From positions 108,438,001-108,502,000 of the forward strand of contig OZ024745.1 in NCBI GenBank assembly GCA_964016885.1: a stretch of 64,000 bases of DNA, read 5' to 3'. The DNA comes from Eledone cirrhosa (lineage: Eukaryota). The notes under the pieces were generated by a model. That model was not told where the DNA came from, did not search any database, and saw only the letters and a program-made list of their open reading frames with translations. Positions 14,180 to 27,069 of this stretch are shown piece after piece; within the stretch, counting starts at the first letter, position 1, and each line of letters begins with the position of its first letter. A program made the position numbers and the translations under genes.

Positions 14180-14432
14180 GTTGTCACAACAAAAAAGCAC
14201 CCAGCCCACACTGTAAAGTGGTCATGTAGGCGCCACTGTAAAAAAGTACCCTGTACTTACTGTAAATGAGGTTGGTATTAGCAAGGGCATCCAGCTGTAG
14301 AAATCAAGCCAAAATCAGTTCCCGTATGAGCAAGACATGGTCACCCAAGCTGGCATTGCCCACAACAGCACAACCCGTCTAACCCATGCTAGTGTCGAAG
14401 AATGGACGTAAAACGGTGATGATGATGATGAA
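14180..14432 (+). mobile_element. RTE family 1 3' UTR copy
   Basis: Same tail as the 31484 LINE; an opposite-orientation partial copy with 4 VNTR units lies at about 14660-14892. Confidence 0.78.
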
Positions 14433-15193
14433 TCAGGACAATACAACAGGTCTGTAATAACGCTAGAAATAGCACCTAAAAGCCTATCTAAATCAACTCA
14501 ATAAAGAAGGAGTAGCAAATATCAATGGCCTGTCTGATATCTATTGAAAATTTTCTCTGCTTCCAAAGAATTTCCCTGGATGACGGAATTTTTTCCAATA
14601 TTGCTTGTCTTAATTTATTTAAGATAATTGCTATTGTTTCTTAATTCCAGAAACAGGTAATGCTAGGTCAGGTGACCATGTCTTGCTCATACTGAATTGA
14701 TTTTGGTTTGGTTTCTACAGCTGGATGCCCTTCCTAACGTCAACCTCATTTTGCAGTGTGTACTGGGTGCTTTTTGTCATGATACCTACATGACCATTTT
14801 ACAGTGTGGGGTGGGTGCTTTTTGTCATGATACCTACATGACCACTTTACAGTGTGGGCAGGAGCTTTTTGCCATACACGACCACTTTACACTGGTCAGC
14901 CTATGAACTTTACAGCCGACCTCATATCTATGACAAGCGAAGATGTGTATTTTCAGTTGTGTTGTAATACCAACTAGTTTACAGCATGTACTGGGTACAT
15001 ATTACTCAAACACCCCAAAAATTGTTTTGTTTTTTTTAGATATACAAGGCTAGATAGATAGATAGAAATAGTTAAATAAATAGAGATAGATAGAAATTGA
15101 TGAATGAATATAGATAGCTAGAAATGACGGTGCCCCAGCATGGCCTTAGCCAGTCGACTGGAACACATAAAAGATTATAAACAAATATAAATT

Positions 15194-15712
15194 CGAGAGT
15201 CAGCTGAAAAGTTCATAAGCTGACCATTATACTCTAATGCAGTGAATCCCAACGTAGGGCGCATACCCTGCAGGGGGACAATTTGAATATTTAAGGGGGC
15301 CATTTGAAGATGATTTTAATGAGGACAAACCACAGGTTTTACTTTATTACTTTTACACCAAGGCAACTTTGGTACACATTAGTATCGAAAACTTCTGTCT
15401 CACCTCCTTCATACTTTATTGTGCATTTGGCACCACATATACACCAATTTATTTACACTTTGCAGTTGATCATCGCTGTTTTTATGTCAAAGGGGGAGAT
15501 AACAATTTTTTAGATGTTGAGGTGGGGCATGGTGCACAAAAGGTTGGGAACCACAACTCTAATGGAATGACCAAATGAGGTTTATTTTTCAACATAGTCC
15601 CAGGAAAGAAACAATGTAGTTATTAATAAGAAAAGTTGAAATTAATACATGCAAGATTTCACGGCCCTTTAACAGTCAGCCTATGAGCTATGATCTTTTC
15701 AGCCAACCCTCA
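15194..15712. mobile_element. Tc1/mariner-type MITE interrupted by a hAT MITE
   Basis: Imperfect TIRs CGAGAGTCAGCTGAAAAGTTCATAAGCTGAC / GTCAGCCTATGA..CTTTTCAGCCAACCCTCA; an orphan end at about 14893-14925. Confidence 0.6.
15240..15556. mobile_element. hAT MITE nested in the mariner-type MITE
   Basis: CAGTGAATCCCAAC ... GTTGGGAACCAC termini; 8-bp TSD CTCTAATG at 15232-15239 and 15557-15564. Confidence 0.8.
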
Positions 15713-16079
15713 TAGATAGCTAGATATAAATAGCAGATGTTGCTAGACAAATAGATGTGGATATACAGATTAGTGAGAGGAGCTCAATCCTTTAAATATG
15801 ATTGCAATGTTTAAATCAAAAGACGAGATCAAATTTTGTATGATCATATTTTTCTTCATACACATTAACAGATAGTGATGTAAAACTGGTCAAATGATTA
15901 GCGATAATTACTACAATCTATTGCCAATGTTTGTTATTATTGTTATTGTTTTTATTGCCCTCTCCTCTGTTGGTATTGTGTTGTTATTGTTTTATCTCGA
16001 ATATCTGTCTCATTTTATTATTTTTTTATCATTTATTTTGCATTTTATTTTCATTTTCTAGCATGCATAATCTCCATTA

Positions 16080-16592
16080 TATATATATATATGTATGTGT
16101 GTACATACATATATATATATATGTATGTACACACATATATATATATATATATGTATGTATGTATGTACATACGTATATATATGTATGTACATACATATAT
16201 ATATATGTATGTATGTACATACAAACATATATGTATGTACATACATATATATGTATGTACATACATATATATATATGTATGTACATATATATATATATGT
16301 ATGTATGTACATACATACATATATATATGTATGTACATACATATATATATATGTACATACATATATATATATATATATGTATGTACATACATATATATAT
16401 ATGTATGTACATACATACATATATGTATGTACATACATACATATATATATGTATGTACATACATACATATATGTATGTATGCACATACATACATATATAT
16501 GTATGTACATACATATATATGTATGTGTGTATGTACATACATATATATATGTATGTATGTACATACATACAAATATATATATATATATATAT
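16080..16592. repeat. Compound (TA)n/ATGTAC/ATAC microsatellite
   Basis: Repeating self-complementary ATGTATGTACATACAT units. Confidence 0.95.
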
Positions 16593-17399
16593 AGTAGAAT
16601 AGATCAAACCTTGCCCATTACCACAAGGCCACCTATCTCTTCTGCTCTTTCCAACCACGACGACCACCACCACCATACTGTTACTACCCCCACCCTCACA
16701 CCTCCAGTGTAGTGTAAGAGAGAAGGGAATGTCTGCAGGTCTGGAGACCAACTCCACCCCCACCACATCACCAATACTCACTTAGTGCCTTTACCATTCA
16801 CTCCCCCACCACCATCAACAACCACAGTTATAATTAAACAAACTACAAAGTAAACACTACAACAGCAGCCTCATTAGCATAGAAAAAAAACCAAAAAAAC
16901 TCACAGCAATACCAACAACAACAGCAACATAAGTAAGCAATAATAAGGAGGAACAAACAATTTAAAGTTTTAAAAAGAAGAATTTGAAATAAAATTGTTA
17001 AAAAAATGTAAACACAAAGGAAATTATTTTGAAAAAAAAAAAATTTTTGAGGAACAAATTTTGTGAAAAAATCAAAAAATCATAAAAATCATTAAAAAAA
17101 TGTTTAAATCATAAAATTAAAAAAAAAAATTATAAAATTTATGAAATTATTTAAAAAATCACGAAATTATAAATAATTTAAAATTTACAAATGAATAAAT
17201 AAATAAATTAAGTCATTATATATATATTTTTTTAATTATTATAATTAAAATCGTTTTTTTTTCAGGAAATGTTTGTTATTTTAGCTGAAGTAGTAATTGC
17301 TGTTATATTTGTTGTTGTTGTAGTTGTTGTTGTTGAGGTTGTTGTATTGTCATGGCTGCATGATTATTATTGTTGTTGTTGCATTGTCATAATCATCGT

Positions 17400-19627
17400 A
17401 GTTGCTGCTGTTGCTGTTACTTCTGTTGTTGTTGCTGCTGTTGCTGTTGCTTCTGTTGTTGTTGCTGTTGCTGTTACTTCTGTTGTTGTTGCTGTTGCTT
17501 CTGTTGTTGCTGCTGTTGCTTCTGTTGTTGTTGTTGTTGTTGCTGTTGCTTCTGTTGTTGCTGCTGTTGCTTCTGTTGTTGTTGTTGTTGCTGTTGCTTC
17601 TGTTGTTGTTGTTGTTGTTGCTGTTGCTTCTGTTGTTGCTGCTGTTGCTTCTGTTGTTGCTGCTGTTGCTTCTGTTGTTGCTGCTGTTGCTTCTGTTGTT
17701 GCTGCTGTTGCTTCTGTTGTTGTTGTTGTTGTTGCTGTTGCTTCTGTTGTTGCTGCTGTTGCTTCTGTTGTTGTTGTTGTTGTTGCTGTTGCTTCTGTTG
17801 TTGCTGCTGTTGCTTCTGTTGTTGTTGTTGTTGCTGTTGCTTCTGTTGTTGTTGTTGTTGTTGCTGTTGCTTCTGTTGTTGCTGCTGTTGCTTCTGTTGT
17901 TGCTGCTGTTGCTTCTGTTGTTGCTGCTGTTGCTTCTGTTGTTGCTGCTGTTGCTTCTGTTGTTGTTGTTGTTGTTGCTGTTGCTTCTGTTGTTGCTGCT
18001 GTTGCTTCTGTTGTTGTTGTTGTTGTTGCTGTTGCTTCTGTTGTTGTTGTTGTTGTTGCTGTTGCTTCTGTTGTTGCTGCTGTTGCTTCTGTTGTTGTTG
18101 TTGTTGTTGCTGTTGCTTCTGTTGTTGTTGTTGTTGTTGCTGTTGCTTCTGTTGTTGCTGCTGTTGCTTCTGTTGTTGCTGCTGTTGCTTCTGTTGTTGT
18201 TGTTGTTGCTGTTGCTTCTGTTGTTGCTGCTGTTGCTTCTGTTGTTGTTGCTGTTGCTGTTACTTCTGTTGTTGTTGCTGTTGCTGTTGCTTCTGTTGTT
18301 GTTGTTGTTGTTGCTGTTGCTTCTGTTGTTGTTGTTGTTGTTGCTGTTGCTTCTGTTGTTGCTGCTGTTGCTTCTGTTGTTGTTGTTGTTGTTGCTGTTG
18401 CTTCTGTTGTTGTTGTTGTTGTTGCTGTTGCTTCTGTTGTTGCTGCTGTTGCTTCTGTTGTTGCTGCTGTTGCTTCTGTTGTTGTTGTTGTTGCTGTTGC
18501 TTCTGTTGTTGCTGCTGTTGCTTCTGTTGTTGTTGCTGTTGCTGTTACTTCTGTTGTTGTTGCTGCTGTTGCTTCTGTTGTTGCTGCTGTTGCTTCTGTT
18601 GTTGTTGTTGTTGCTGTTGCTTCTGTTGTTGCTGCTGTTGCTTCTGTTGTTGTTGCTGTTGCTGTTACTTCTGTTGTTGTTGTTGCTGTTGCTTCTGTTG
18701 TTGCTGCTGTTGCTTCTGTTGTTGCTGCTGTTGCTTCTGTTGTTGTTGTTGTTGCTGTTGCTTCTGTTGTTGCTGCTGTTGCTTCTGTTGTTGTTGCTGT
18801 TGCTGTTACTTCTGTTGTTGTTGCTGCTGTTGCTTCTGTTGTTGTTGTTGTTGTTGCTGTTGCTTCTGTTGTTGCTGCTGTTGCTTCTGTTGTTGCTGCT
18901 GTTGCTGTTACTGTTGCTGCTGTTGCTGTTACTGTTGCTGCTGTTGCTTCTGTTGTTGTTGCTTCTGTTGCTGCTGTTGCTGCTGATGCCTCTGTTGCTG
19001 TTGCTGCTGTTGATGTTGCTACTGTTGCTGCTGTTGCTGCTGTTGCTGCTGTTGTCCCTACTGCTGTTGCTGCTATTGCTGCTGTTACTTCTGTTGTTGT
19101 TGCTGTTGCTGCTACTGTCGCTACTGTTGCTGCTGTTGCTACTGTTGCTACTATTGCTGCTATTGTTGCTGTTGTTGTTGCTGTTGCTGTTGATGCTACT
19201 GTTGCTGTTGCTGCTGTTGCTGCTGTTGCTGTTGCTACTGTTGCTGCTGTTGCTGCTGTTGCTACTGTTGCTGCTGTTGTTGTTGCTGTTACTACTATTG
19301 CTTCTGTTGCTGTTGCTGTTGTTGTTGCTACTGTTGCTGCTATTGCTGCTGTTGTCCCTACTGCTGTTGTTGTTGCTACTGTTGCTGCTGTTGCTGCTGT
19401 TGCTACTGTTGCTGCTGTTGTTGTTGCTGTTACTACTATTGCTTATGTTGCTGTTGCTGTTGTTGTTGTTGCTACTGTTGCTGCTATTGCTGCTGTTGTC
19501 CCTACTGCTGTTGCTGCTATTGCTGCTGTTGTCCCTACTGCTGTTGCTGCTATTGCTGCTGTTGTCCTTACTGCTGTTGCTGCTATTGCTGCTGTTGTCC
19601 CTACTGCTGCTGCTACTACTGCTGCTA
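17400..19627. repeat. 2.2-kb compound trinucleotide array (GTT/GCT/TCT/ACT) with higher-order units
   Basis: Homogeneous 21-30 bp units GCTGTTGCTTCT(GTT)n to about 18900, then more diverse units including a 33-bp GTCCCTACT-containing repeat. Confidence 0.97.
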
Positions 19628-19919
19628 CACAATTTAGATTATAATTAATGCTTATCTTGTTTGTTTCAATGAAACAGCTTTGCCAATAATATCTTCTCTT
19701 TGTATTTTTCATATTCATGCATAATTAAATCTGGTTAAATCAAGGATAAAATGCTGATGGGTGGTCACTCATATAGGGAAAAGGGGTGGACAGTCTGTCA
19801 GGGGTCAAATAAATGATGGGTACTCACACTGTAGACAAGTAGGGTGTTAGGGAAATAGAACAAATTGCTGACCCAGACCCAATAATTTCACTTTGTTAGA
19901 AACAACTACAACAGCACTC

Positions 19920-20114
19920 TATCACATATATATACATATATACATATATACATATATATACATATATACATATACATATATACATATATACATAAAACTC
20001 ACTCATACACAGACATGTATATGTACACACAGATATATATATATATATACATATATACATATATATATATATATACATATATACATATATACATATATGT
20101 ATATGTACACACAG

Positions 20115-20189
<75 letters not shown>

Positions 20190-20250
20190 TATATACACAT
20201 GTACACACATAGACACATATACATACACAGGCATGTATATGTACACACAG

Positions 20251-20301
<51 letters not shown>

Positions 20302-20346
20302 TGTGTATATACATGTTTGTGTATGTATATGTGTCTATGTGTGTAC

Positions 20347-20392
<46 letters not shown>

Positions 20393-20830
20393 GTACACAC
20401 ATAGACACATATACATACACAAACATGTATATGTACACACATAGACACATATGCATATATATACATACATACACATATATACACATATGCACACACAGAC
20501 ACATGCGCATGTATACATACATACACATACATATGTACACATGTAGACACATGCATGTATACATACATAAACAAACATGCATTTGTACATACATACGTAT
20601 ACATACATATGTACACACATAGACACATGCGCATGTATACATACACGTACATACATATGTACATGCTCATATATACGTACATACATACACATACATATGT
20701 ATACTCATAGACATACATACACATATATACATATGTACACATGCACACACGCACACACACGCACACACACACATACACATGCACACACGCACACACACGC
20801 ACACACACACACATACACACACTCATACAT
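19920..20830. repeat. TA/CA low-complexity tract with a flipped internal segment
   Basis: CACATGTACACACATAGACACATATACATACAC at about 20195 and 20388, inverted at about 20300-20352. Confidence 0.85.
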
Positions 20831-21039
20831 ATTTAAATTTTCCTGTTTACAAGCCCCCACCCTTCTCAGACAGACTAACATGCACTTATGGAGACAAATA
20901 CCTAATTACCAATATGCAAATTCTCATATGTACTTTATATGCATACAAAGACAAATATACATACATACACACTTTCACAAAATTTGCATACACATTTATA
21001 TACAAAGACAAATGCACACACACATATACACACACATTC

Positions 21040-21330
21040 ACACATTTGCATGTACTTTTATATGCAAACAAACACATATACATATACACAAAAACAGAAA
21101 AACATACGCCACACACATACATATTTGCATGTACTTTTATATGCAAACAAACACATATACATATACACAGAAACAGAAAAACATACGCCACACACATACA
21201 TATTTGCATGTACTTTTATATGCAAACAAACACATATACATATACAAACATACACAGAAACAGAAAAAAATACACCACACACACATACATACACATATTT
21301 GCATGTACTTTTATATGCAAACACACATAC
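21040..21330 (+). repeat. 79-bp minisatellite (about 4 units) carrying ATTTGCAT
   Basis: ATTTGCATGTACTTTTATATGCAAAC at 21044, 21123, 21202 and 21297. Confidence 0.9.
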
Positions 21331-22039
21331 AAACATACACAGAAATATAAAGACATACATGTACATATATCTAACTATACAAATTGCCATATGGCATCAA
21401 CTCCTATAGATAGACAAGAAAATACTAAAACACACACACGCACACACATGTACACACACACACGCACACACATATACACACACACACACACGTTACAGGG
21501 CAATAAAATATCACAAGCAAAGTGCTTTATCTCTTAATTTATCATTTTTCAATACAAATTAGTTCAAATCTAACCAACATTGATTCTTCCCCCCCCCCCC
21601 CTGGTTTTTCCAGATCAACAAAATATGTACCCACATCATTATACTAGGAATCAACTAAACTGACTATCTTCTCTAACCCCCCTCCCCCCCCTGACTCTTG
21701 TGCCAAAAAAAAAAAAAATTTTCATGCTAAATATTCTGTGTGAATTGGTAGAATTACAGATCTGTCAACTCTTCCCGTCCGACTGGGGAAGATCTCCCAC
21801 CCACTTTGGGGTGGGTAAGAGATATCTTCTCTTGTGAATAAGGGTATAGCTTTCATTATGTAAAAACTCCCCATTTTGCCTCATTTCTTCCTGTTTTGGG
21901 GCACCTTTTTCATGGTACTGCCCATTTGGGATTTTAGAGGTTGACAGGTCTGGAATTGGTATAGTGTCAGACAAAATACCTTACAGTGTTTAGTAACAAT
22001 GTTTTGCATTTCATTTTTAATCCATCCTACATCCAGTCC

Positions 22040-22425
22040 ATCCAGTCCGAAACAAATGAGGTCGTGTAGGTGTCACGACAAAAAAACACACAGTCCACGC
22101 TGTAATGTGGCCGTGTAGGTAACACGGTAAAAACCTCCCAGTTCCACACTGTAAATGTGGTTGGTGTTAGGAAGGGCATCCAGCTGTAGAAAACCCACCA
22201 GACAGTCCACGCTGTAATGTGGCCGTGTAGGCAACACGGTAAAAACCTCCCAGTTCCACACTGTAAATGTGGTTGGTGTTAGGAAGGGCATCGAGCCGTA
22301 GAAAACCCGCCAGACAGTCCTATGCGAGCAAGACAACCACTCTTGCCTCAAGTGGGAAAACTCCCGTCCAAACCCATGCAAGCGTGGGACATGGACGTTA
22401 AAACGATGATGATGATGATGATGAA
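22040..22425 (+). mobile_element. RTE family 2 3' UTR copy with an internal duplication of about 120 bp
   Basis: Near-identical (inverted) to 35219-35605. Confidence 0.85.
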
Positions 22426-22589
22426 GTGCTAATTTTTTTTCTGGGATCAATAAAATAAAGTATTAGTCAAGTACTAGAGGTTAGTATAATTGACTGTTTT
22501 CTCTTGCAAAATGTCAGCAGCCAACATGTTGCTTCCACTGTCCCTGCTACTATCCTATCTTTATGTCACATTCATATACTTCATATATA

Positions 22590-23275
22590 TACCATAAGGC
22601 ATCTACCATACCTGAATGCCTTGCTTCCCTGGGCATGGATACATTAAAGCTCCGACGTCTGGAAACTGACTTGGTAAACACCCACAAAATTATTAACTAT
22701 CATGCCAACAACAACCCTTAGCACTTTTTTGAATTCCATGTGCCTAAAACCTGTGCGCATACCTACAAAGTCAGCAAACAGCACAGCTCCAATGACTTTC
22801 GGAAACATTTTTTCTTGCTCAGAGTTGCTGAAGCATGGAACAAACTACCTGCATCAGTTGTTAACTGTTGAGACACTGCATCCTTCAAAACCTCCATGCT
22901 TCCCGAAATTCGCCGACACCATACCTGATATTCCCCCTCCATACACACGTACACATGTATCTGTGTGTATATCATGACACATACACTGTTCACTTTCTTG
23001 ACATTTGTACATTATTCTATGTACTAAGGGTGGGGCATTGGCAGTATCAGTCGGACGCCATGCTTTGCAGCATAGAGTTACGCCCCTTTATGGTCTAAGT
23101 TCAAATCCCGCCAAGGTTGACTTTGCCTTTCATTCTTACGGGGGTCAATAAAATAAAGTACCAGTAATGCACTGAGATAATTGCTGGCCTTGTTCCAAAA
23201 ATAGAAACAATTATTCTATGTAATATACATGCACCTTTGATGAGTTGTAGTGCACCTGAGCACTGTACACAATAA

Positions 23276-23305
<30 letters not shown>
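22590..23305 (+). mobile_element. CR1-like LINE 3' end, interrupted by SINE A
   Basis: Translates LASLGMDTLKLRRLETDLVNTHKII...RKHFFLLRVAEAWNKLPASVV..TASFK (CR1-type ORF2 C-terminus); tail TGCACCTGAGCACTGTACACAATAAT(TTA)n, also at about 4060-4100 (minus) and 58157-58205. Confidence 0.8.
23028..23212 (+). mobile_element. SINE family A nested in the CR1 3' UTR
   Basis: TSD-like ATTATTCTATGTA on both sides. Confidence 0.85.
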
Positions 23306-23306
<1 letters not shown>

Positions 23307-23407
23307 TATTTTAAGAAAATTATATCAGGTATGGATTTGTAGAACTGTTAAATGTCTTACAGTATTTGGTTAATTTGCATTTATTTTTATAGGATTTATT
23401 AAAAGAA

Positions 23408-23471
23408 TAGGGTTAGGTTTAAGGTTAGGGCATGGGTTAGGGTAAGGATTAGGGTTAGCTTGAGGGTGAGG
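23408..23471 (+). repeat. Degenerate (TTAGGG)n-like tract running into the gap
   Basis: TAGGGTTAGGTTTAAGGTTAGGGCATGGGTTAGGGTAAGGATTAGGGTTAG. Confidence 0.7.
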
Positions 23472-23671
23472 NNNNNNNNNNNNNNNNNNNNNNNNNNNNN
23501 NNNNNNNNNNNNNNNNNNNNNNNNNNNNNNNNNNNNNNNNNNNNNNNNNNNNNNNNNNNNNNNNNNNNNNNNNNNNNNNNNNNNNNNNNNNNNNNNNNNN
23601 NNNNNNNNNNNNNNNNNNNNNNNNNNNNNNNNNNNNNNNNNNNNNNNNNNNNNNNNNNNNNNNNNNNNNNN
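23472..23671. other. Assembly gap (200 N)
   Basis: Exactly 200 N, typical of a fixed-size scaffolding gap; the right flank begins mid-SINE B (23672-23775). Confidence 0.98.
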
Positions 23672-24521
23672 GTTAGGAAGGGCATCCAGCTGTAGAAATC
23701 AAGCCAGAATCAGTTCCCGTCCCACCCTTGCAAGCAGGGAAAAGCGGACATAAAATGAAATGAAATGAAATGAAATACACACAAACATATAGTTACATGC
23801 ATACATAAATATATAAATATAGTTACATACATACACACAAACACAAATGTAGTTACATACATACACACAAACATAAATATAATTACATACATACACACAT
23901 AAATACATAGACAAATTCAGACGGGTAGATAGAGAGTCAAATTGATAGATTGTAAGTGAAATGGTTAAAAGAATGAGATGCCTTTAAAAGGAAAGCTATA
24001 TTAGAGAATGCTGTCACTGATATTAAAAAACAATATTGTAGGTAGGGGCTATATACTCGTACATACTAATGCATGAATATATTTGCATTCATGTATAAAT
24101 ACATTTACATACATGTAAATTTTGTGAGAAATGAACCAGTGTTTTCATGTATATGAGAAACCCATCTCATAGTTATCTACCATGCAGTCTGACATTAGAG
24201 AGGACATGTCGAAATTCCAGTTTAAGTATTTATTGGGTAGCTTTTCATAATATATAACCAAATAATTTCAGTCTTCTCTTTCTTATTTCTTTGGGAATAG
24301 TATTTGTGTCATGGGAAAAGCTTTCCTTATTGAAGTATTTCTACATCTGCTCATAATGACATCCTTAATATTGATCATAAATACCATATTTTAAAAATGT
24401 TTAGCCTCTGTGTACCTCCAGATTTATGGTCTATGTTTCTGAAGCATTGGTGACAATTGGAAATAGGGACACCCTGTACAACCCAATTTCAAGTCACTCG
24501 CTGATATTCTGCCTATTCCAA

Positions 24522-24705
24522 ATAATTGTTTCTACTTTTTGGCACAAGGCCACCAATTACCCGTACATTACTGGTACTTTATTTTTATCGACCCCGTAAG
24601 GATGAAGGCAAAGTTAACCTCGGCGGGATTTGAACTCAGAATGGCAAGGGCCGTAACTCTATGCATCAAAGCATGGCGTCCGACCCTCTACCAATACCGC
24701 CAATT
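24522..24705 (-). mobile_element. SINE family A
   Basis: Reverse complement of consensus. Confidence 0.9.
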
Positions 24706-24988
24706 CACCTCCAATAATGTTTGTTAGTCTTTCCAATAGCGTAGATGCTACTAAGACCCATCTTTTCATATATTCTGATTCATTTCGTATTATACACAAA
24801 CTCTGTGATGAGTTCTTTGTTATATTCCATTTTGCATGCTTTGTTAACACTTTTGATACCAAATTGCTGGAAACTGCCTCTGGCTCTATGATACAAAGCT
24901 GTTTATTTAAAGTCTTTATAATTATCTAAAATCCTTCCATGATAATTACATGTAACAACCTTTGTTAAGTCATGTTCCAAACACCAGC

Positions 24989-25205
24989 TTAAACCTTTAG
25001 CATTTAAACCAGCCATATCTGGCCAGAATTCTTTCACCTTTTTCTGTTCAAACTGGCTGTAACCGGCAATTTATACAGATGTTAAGGTATTGTTCTCTCA
25101 AAATAAATAATATCAAAATCTCATAGATTGATATTATGTGAGGTAAAGCCTTTACCGTGAAAATACAATAGTAAATATTAGAGTAATGTAAATGCTAAGT
25201 GTTAA
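24989..25205. mobile_element. piggyBac-type MITE
   Basis: TTAA flanks, degenerate CCTTTAGCATTTA TIRs, same internal sequence as other copies. Confidence 0.8.
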
Positions 25206-26100
25206 TAAGGAGAAAGTTAGATTTACTAAGTCTCCCAAATTCTTCATTATTTTTAAAACTGTTTGAAAATCTTAGGCAGAGTATTTAATTAAAAATATGG
25301 TATTGAATGGGCTAATTGTTGAGAGAATATTTTCCAGTTTGTCAAAGAGTGTGAATATAAGAGTTGCATTCATCACTCTAATATCTTGAGAAAAGGAGTC
25401 AGTTAATCAGTGCCAGAATTTCTTCCAAGTGCTTCAGTTCTTTCATTAAAAATTTAAAGAAATAGACTATAAGGGTTGGGGAGATAGCAAGCCATTTTGT
25501 CTCAATCCACGTGTACTTCAAAACTATCAACTGACCATCAATATAGCACCTAAATAATTTGCACTGCCTTGGGGTCCTATACCTCTTGCTATCATCATTT
25601 CCCATAGAGTCTTCTGATCGATCATGTCAAAAGCAGATTATAAAGTCAATGAAGTGGAATCAAAAAGGAATTTTATATTCTTTTAGTTTTCTAATTTTCT
25701 GTCTGACTATAAAAATTCCATTGATTATACCTCTTCTATGTCTAAATAAATTTGACTCTCTCTTGTAGCTTCTTCAGTTTTACTTTTCATTCTCTTGAAA
25801 AATATTCTACTGAGAAAACCTTTTTCAGTTTTGAAAGAGGAGAAATTGTGTAGTTTTTCAGGTTTATAATTGCTGCACTTTTTATATATTCATATTACCA
25901 ACATACAGGCCCAGACCTTTGGTGTCTTCTCTGTTCTAGATCCATATCCTCATTTTTACATCTGCTTTTCCATGGTGACACAGACAGGATGGAATTTTTT
26001 GAGGCAACTTTTCAGTTGTCTCCTACAACAGAGAGAGATATGGTGAACCTATTTTAAAAACTGAAATACACACCATATACTTGTATATATATATATATAT

Positions 26101-26697
26101 ATCATCATCATCATCATCACCGTTTTACGTCCGTTCTTCCACGCTAGCATGGGTTAGACGGGTTGTCCTGTTGTGGGCAGTGTCCGGTCGGCTGACCATG
26201 CCTTGCTCATACAGGAACTGATTTGGCTTGATTTCTACAGCTGGATGCCCTTCCTAACACCAACCTCATTTACAGTGAGTGCTGGGTGCTTTTTCGTGGC
26301 GCCTACATGTCCACTTTACAGTGTGGGCTGGGTGCTTTTTTGCCGTGGCACCTCCACGACCACCTTGCAGTGGGGGGTGTGGGGCATATTGTCTATATGC
26401 TTCAGCTTGTACCCATGGGAGGTCGGGTACTCTGTATATATATATATATATGTGTATCACAACAAAAAGCACCCAGCTCACACTGTAAAGTGTTCGTGTA
26501 GATGTCATGACAAAAAACACCCAGCACACTCTGTAAATGAGGTTGGTGTTATGAAAGGCATCCAGCCATAGAAACCAAGCCAGAAAGGGTTCTGTAGGAG
26601 CAAGAAACAGTTACCTGAACCATCTTGTCTCAAATGAGAAAATCCATCTAACCCACACTAGCGTGGAAAATAGACATTAAACAATGATGATGATGAC
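26101..26697. mobile_element. Two RTE 3' UTR copies in inverted orientation
   Basis: 26101-26440 minus (family 1) and about 26455-26697 plus, separated by a short (TA)n. Confidence 0.8.
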
Positions 26698-26698
26698 A

Positions 26699-26742
<44 letters not shown>

Positions 26743-27069
26743 TTCATTCTTTTTATTCGTTTTGAAAGATTTTTGGTGTGAAATCACATGTTTAAACAGA
26801 TAGTGTAACACTTTGGGATAGTCATGCTCCAAATAAAAACACATTCACCAGTTGAGTTTCACTTCAGTTTATATTATTAGTTAGATAACTAATCCATTCC
26901 TTGGTTAGTTTAGTAACAGGATTAATTGTTATATTTAATTGTCAAAACACTTTCATCACACATTCTTTGACCTTCTCAGTGACTATGTTTGCTCCTTTGT
27001 GTCTCCTCTTTCTTCTGATCTTGTTCTATTTACTCTACCTTGAGTAAATAGATGGAGTAAATAGAAACA

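Noticed and set aside
17269-19648. Plus-strand poly-Val/Ala, poly-Cys, poly-Leu and minus-strand Ser/Asn ORFs
   Set aside because: Frame readings of one triplet array with no synonymous variation; the TTTTTTCAG at about 17265 is not enough to call an exon
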